Origin: Asterionella formosa
Taxonomy: Eukaryota
Length of the DNA: 22,427 bases
NCBI GenBank assembly: GCA_002256025.1
Contig: NKIB01012282.1
Coordinates: 62,001-84,427 of the forward strand
Reading direction: 5' to 3'
Shown piece after piece: positions 18,347 to 22,427 of the stretch. Below the pieces are notes generated by a model. It was not told where the DNA came from and did not search any database. It saw nothing but the letters and a program-made list of their open reading frames with translations. Position 1 is the first letter of the stretch; the number at the start of each line of letters is the position of its first letter. The translations under genes were made by a program, and so were the position numbers.

Positions 18347-19445
18347 GGTGATGGCGAAGAGGTTTAGCTGGTTGCGTGTGTCAACATGTAAAATTATGCG
18401 ATGAGATGGAAGGAACGATATATAATTGAATGAAGGATGGAGTATACTTCTGCGGTCTCTCAACGAAGATGACAAGTGATGCCAAGTGGTGATTGAGGAA
18501 GGAAGGCAAGCGATGCGAGCCAAGCGACGGACAGCAAACCTAATAATATAAAATATAAGGATGGCAGTTGTAACATGAAAAAGTGAGCTGCAGTGCAGGT
18601 TAACGAATTTCTAGATGGCGCACCATAGCTATCACACTTTCTGAATTTCCTCGAGAAAACTAGCTGAGTACAGCACTGCCGGTAATTATCCATGCAGAAA
18701 TCACTGTATCGTCGTGTAGGAGTAATTCTTCAACCCTCGTAACGTTTTCGAAATTCACTGAGTTACCGGTGTTTGTAGGGTTGTAGAATTGGCGCGATGA
18801 ATAGCAATCTCTGCACAGCGTACTGGCATAACCATTCATAAGTACAATACCAGGTAATTAATAGAAAGAAAAGAATACCGTAATAATACAAACCGGAATG
18901 GGCGCACATTCCACTACCTGGTACCTGATGCAAAGTACTCCTATTTATTTAGATTTAGCTTATAAAAAATAGCGCGCCACCGAAAGATGTGACAGATCTT
19001 CGGTACTGGTGCATTGTGATTACTGGTAGCTGTGCAAGTTGCGGTAATTGTGTTGAAACTAAAGGTTTAGCTATCTTTATCCCGAATTAGATTGTTTGTT
19101 TAAGCAAAATGACCGTAACTTGCTGGAAACACCTCTTTTTTTATAGACACCTTGTACCGGTAACCTGGTATCGTAGTGTACCAGTACATCATTAGTTGCA
19201 TGATTACATTGTTGTGACGCCGATGTATATTCCCTTCGTTTCCATGTACCTGGTACATGGTAGTACCGGGTACATCGTTGGTATCGGGTTCATGTCATTT
19301 TAGCTGATACCGATAACCCTTATATTCTCGATGATGCTGCTGTTGTTGCGGTTCACAAGGGCAAGAAAACATCTAAACAACTGGCATTCATCTTCAGCTT
19401 CATCGGCTTTCTCGAGTACCGGTAGTCCACAACACAAATAATCAA

Positions 19446-20361
19446 ATGGCGATTGACTGGCAACTTTCAACATGCTGTCACTCGGAAGAAATTTTGTTTT
19501 TGAGTTTGGCCGGAGCCTACTTTGTCGTGAATTTCGCCCTTTGGAACACATGCCTCCTCAAGCCTATGAAACTCATAGCCGTCTTTTTCCATGAATACTC
19601 TCACGCGGCAGCATGTTGGATCACTGGCGGTAAGGTGACGGCCATTGAAGTCTATAACAACGAAGGCGGTGTCACAAAATACCAGGGTGGACGAAGATGT
19701 ATCATTATTCCAGGTAAGGGGGATAAGTTGGCTTGATACTCTCGACTGTATACTGAACTACATTACTGACACGAATCCATTTTTCGTTTCATTAATAGCT
19801 GGCTACCTTGGAGGTGCTTTCTGGGGAGGCCTCTTTGTTACATTAAGTGGAAATCGGATTTCTGCAACGGTGGCTGCCTCTGGATTCGTTGTGGCACTAC
19901 TCATTTCCCTTCGTTTTTCACCAAATTCCACACTCACAATGATGTCGCTTGGATTCTCTTTACTGACGATTGCATTTTTGTTGGTAGATTGGTTCTTGGT
20001 GACACCATTTATCGAATTCATTACCTTGTATTATGGCGTTTTTATTGGGGCCTTTAGGTAAGAGAACGAATACTCCATGCCTTCACTTTTTCTCGTTCTC
20101 GGAGGGACTTTAGCACAGAAAAAAACTCATGTTCACCCCATGTCGCTCAACACCTGCAACTATTTTGTTCTGTACAGCGTGTATGACATTTATGATGACT
20201 TGATTACCAGGACCGTTGATGGATCCGATGCACATGCATGCCATAAATTGATTCCTTGCTGCTTGCCAAGATGTGTGGGAGTCCAGTTTGCATTGATCGC
20301 CATTGCTTTTCAGGGACTTGGCATCTATCTTGCCTTGGTTTGGATGGTTGCTGATAACTAA
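19446..20361 (+). CDS. Peptidase M50B-like intramembrane zinc metalloprotease (236 aa, 3 exons)
   Basis: Exons are 19446..19713, 19799..20057 and 20178..20361. Introns are 19714..19798 (GTAAGG...TAG) and 20058..20177 (GTAAGA...CAG), and both splices keep the frame. Motifs are HEYSH (HExxH), EGGVT, PAGYLG and YDIYDD...GSDA, with several TM helices. Confidence 0.92.
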
Positions 20362-20596
20362 TTTGCAGCTAAGGAATAAATTGACAAATGATTGTCTAGG
20401 GGTTCGTGTTGTGAAACATTTCTTTCTCACACTTTGCCACGCACTCGTTTGCTCTTGACATTGTATTAAAAAATCTCTAAATAAGTCTACATCGACAACG
20501 GTGTAATTGTTGCCATATTATGCCTTACTGCTCTCAACGCCTTGAACGGGATAAGCAGATTACTGTTGATCGGTCTAGTCTTTGGGAGCAATCGAA

Positions 20597-21583
20597 TTAA
20601 ATGTAACGCCTTGCCTTGAGATGTGAAGTGGCATTCCAAAACGTCAAAATTGCCTTGTTTGTGGTGTTTTTCTTGTGTTTGAAAGCACAAAGTTTTGAAC
20701 CACTGTGATCGACGAGTTCGACGATTTCCATAAGCTTTTCATAATGGCGATTCGAGGGACGATCTCTGTTTTTACTGGGAGAGTAAAATTTAGCATTCGT
20801 TGATGTTTCATTGTCTAGGCCGCAGTCATGAAGAAGAACTTTGGTATGTGCATGATCAGCCCCTCGGGCACTTGCATGAAGAAAACTCAGTGCAACTAAT
20901 GGGACTCTCCATCGGCCATCGACCATGTACACGTCAAAAGGCAGAGGTTCAGATAGGAGAGGCAAGGCTTGGTAATTCAACTCGTTTTTCTGTAGATTTT
21001 TCTTTGGATAACCCCAATTCAAGTTTTCGCCAATATCAGCAAAGTAAAATCTAAAATGAGAAAGGCTCTTATTCCGCGCCATTGCCACCCACAGAGGGTC
21101 AGAATCTACCCCTGAGTATCGAGGCACACGGACATGTGCGGCAATATATGTTGATTCGCCCAAGCCGAATTCAAAGACCGAATCTGAGTTATAATATATT
21201 CTGGATAATAAAACTCTATCGTTGTCTAAAAGGCCGCCTTTTCCTTTTTTTTTCCAAGTTGCGAGATCAAAGACTTTTCTTTCTGGCTTCTTGTAGTCGA
21301 GAGCCTGTACGAATAAAGTGTCTGCAGCAATGTCAAATGCGGTCACTTGCTTGGTGACCCCCAACAGTTTCAATCCACTTTCCGAAGCGAAAGTACCTGG
21401 TGCAACTTCCAGAGCGCGCAATTCTTTCGTAGCAACAATCGAATTGCTGGTCGGTTTTAAAAATTGGTCAAGAGGAGAAGAATAATACTTGGGGACAATC
21501 CATCCAATGACGACTCCAATAAATAAAAAGGAAAATTTGGACTTCGGTACTAGGGAGGGACCATGATGAATCGGTGAGGACAT
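20597..21583 (-). CDS. Type II membrane protein with class I SAM-dependent methyltransferase-like domain (328 aa)
   Basis: The ATG is at 21583 and a signal anchor (FSFLFIGVVIGWIVP) follows. Rossmann-type motifs are VFEFGLGEST, GVDSDPLW, FDVYMVDGRWR and LLHD. The ORF is intronless. Confidence 0.7.
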   Translation of the reverse strand: MSSPIHHGPSLVPKSKFSFLFIGVVIGWIVPKYYSSPLDQFLKPTSNSIVATKELRALEVAPGTFASESGLKLLGVTKQVTAFDIAADTLFVQALDYKKPERKVFDLATWKKKGKGGLLDNDRVLLSRIYYNSDSVFEFGLGESTYIAAHVRVPRYSGVDSDPLWVAMARNKSLSHFRFYFADIGENLNWGYPKKNLQKNELNYQALPLLSEPLPFDVYMVDGRWRVPLVALSFLHASARGADHAHTKVLLHDCGLDNETSTNAKFYSPSKNRDRPSNRHYEKLMEIVELVDHSGSKLCAFKHKKNTTNKAILTFWNATSHLKARRYI

Positions 21584-21945
21584 GATTGTTGAGAGAGGAA
21601 TGTTTCTTAAGTCGAGGGCTTGACTACCACTACATAAAGTAATGTGTTGATAACGGGGACTACCGGTAGAGTCCCACTCCAGCAGCCTGAAAATGTGAGC
21701 GTGCATTACGGCAACATTACAACAGACTCATGTGTACAGGTACCTGGTATACCAGGGTACCAGGTAGTTATGCTAACTAATTATTATACCGGTAGAGTTT
21801 TCCTGACCAAACCGGTATGTACCGGTACGCTACTGACCAATTTTGGATTTGAAATTGTGGTACACTCTACTGTAGAACTCCCTTATGATATAATAATTTG
21901 ATTTCGAATGCTGCTGGCGCATGCTACCTGAATCCATCGTGAAAA

Positions 21946-22250
21946 GGCAATTCCCGCTCCAGCTATCGTCTTTTCTAAGTAATTTTTAGGCTCTAAGTAA
22001 TTTCTTAAGTAATTTTTATTTAAGGGCAATATGGGGCACATCGAATTTTTCGGCAATAAAATTGCCGATTTTAGCATGACAACCAGAATAACGGTAATAT
22101 GCATACCGGTAGAGATGGTACAACAAGCGTAAAACACACGAGAATGATTGTAACATGCAACATCAATGAAAATTGAACATGATGTTTGGAGCAACCAAAG
22201 TATGAAATGCGATGTAATAAGTAGCATCAAATGAGAAATAGAAAAAATTG
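21946..22250. mobile_element. Left end of a second copy of the 8158-10396 element family (probably continues beyond the window)
   Basis: It starts GGCAATTCCCGCTCCAGCTATCG and shares TAAGTAATTT repeats with the first copy. GGGCAATATGGGGCACAT (22024-22041 = 8251-8268) and AGCAACCAAAGTATGAAA (22190-22207 = 8466-8483) are identical and collinear. Confidence 0.8.
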
Positions 22251-22427
22251 TTTTGGGTTAGAAATGAAATAAAAAATAAGAGTTCCAATGGAGACGCAGC
22301 TATGCATTGTGAATCATTGTAGTACTACTTACACACCAGGCAACATTGACTTTCCATCACCACACAATCGAAGACCGAAATAAGAAGGGAAAAGCTGAAC
22401 CCAATCTTGACCTACATCGTTATGTAG

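Noticed and set aside
18347..18523. 59-aa N-terminal extension of the cyclin ORF
   Set aside because: It starts at a non-ATG codon and looks like 5' UTR. The first ATG is at 18346.
1675..21583. Whole window as a functional gene cluster (secretion/glycosylation)
   Set aside because: Four secretory-pathway genes are interspersed with unrelated ones (carrier, cyclin, PLP enzyme). Nothing in the sequence supports clustering beyond chance.

Overview
Eukaryotic genomic DNA with compact genes and 74-121 nt GT-AG introns. The gene content and organisation suggest a diatom or other stramenopile (inference). Nine intact protein genes are supported: an ArfGAP1-like protein (-, 2 exons), a p24/emp24-GOLD cargo receptor (+), a carnitine/basic-amino-acid-type mitochondrial carrier (-), a GT61-like glycosyltransferase (+), a PLP-dependent Cys/Met metabolism enzyme (-, 2 exons), a membrane-anchored histidine phosphatase (+), an A/B-type cyclin (-, 2 exons), an M50B-like peptidase (+, 3 exons) and a type II membrane methyltransferase-like protein (-). 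Decayed DNA-transposon material lies between them. It includes a CpG-free transposase-like relic (~720-1640), a subterminal repeat array (7810-8151), and a 2.24-kb element with 35-bp imperfect TIRs (8158-10396) whose family recurs at ~7000 and from 21946. Two non-coding signals stand out. (i) About 30 copies of the palindrome TACC(W)GGTA sit almost only in gene 5' flanks. (ii) A 183-nt hairpin (10400-10582) has mismatches forming CTCG/CTCG internal loops at ~16-nt spacing.
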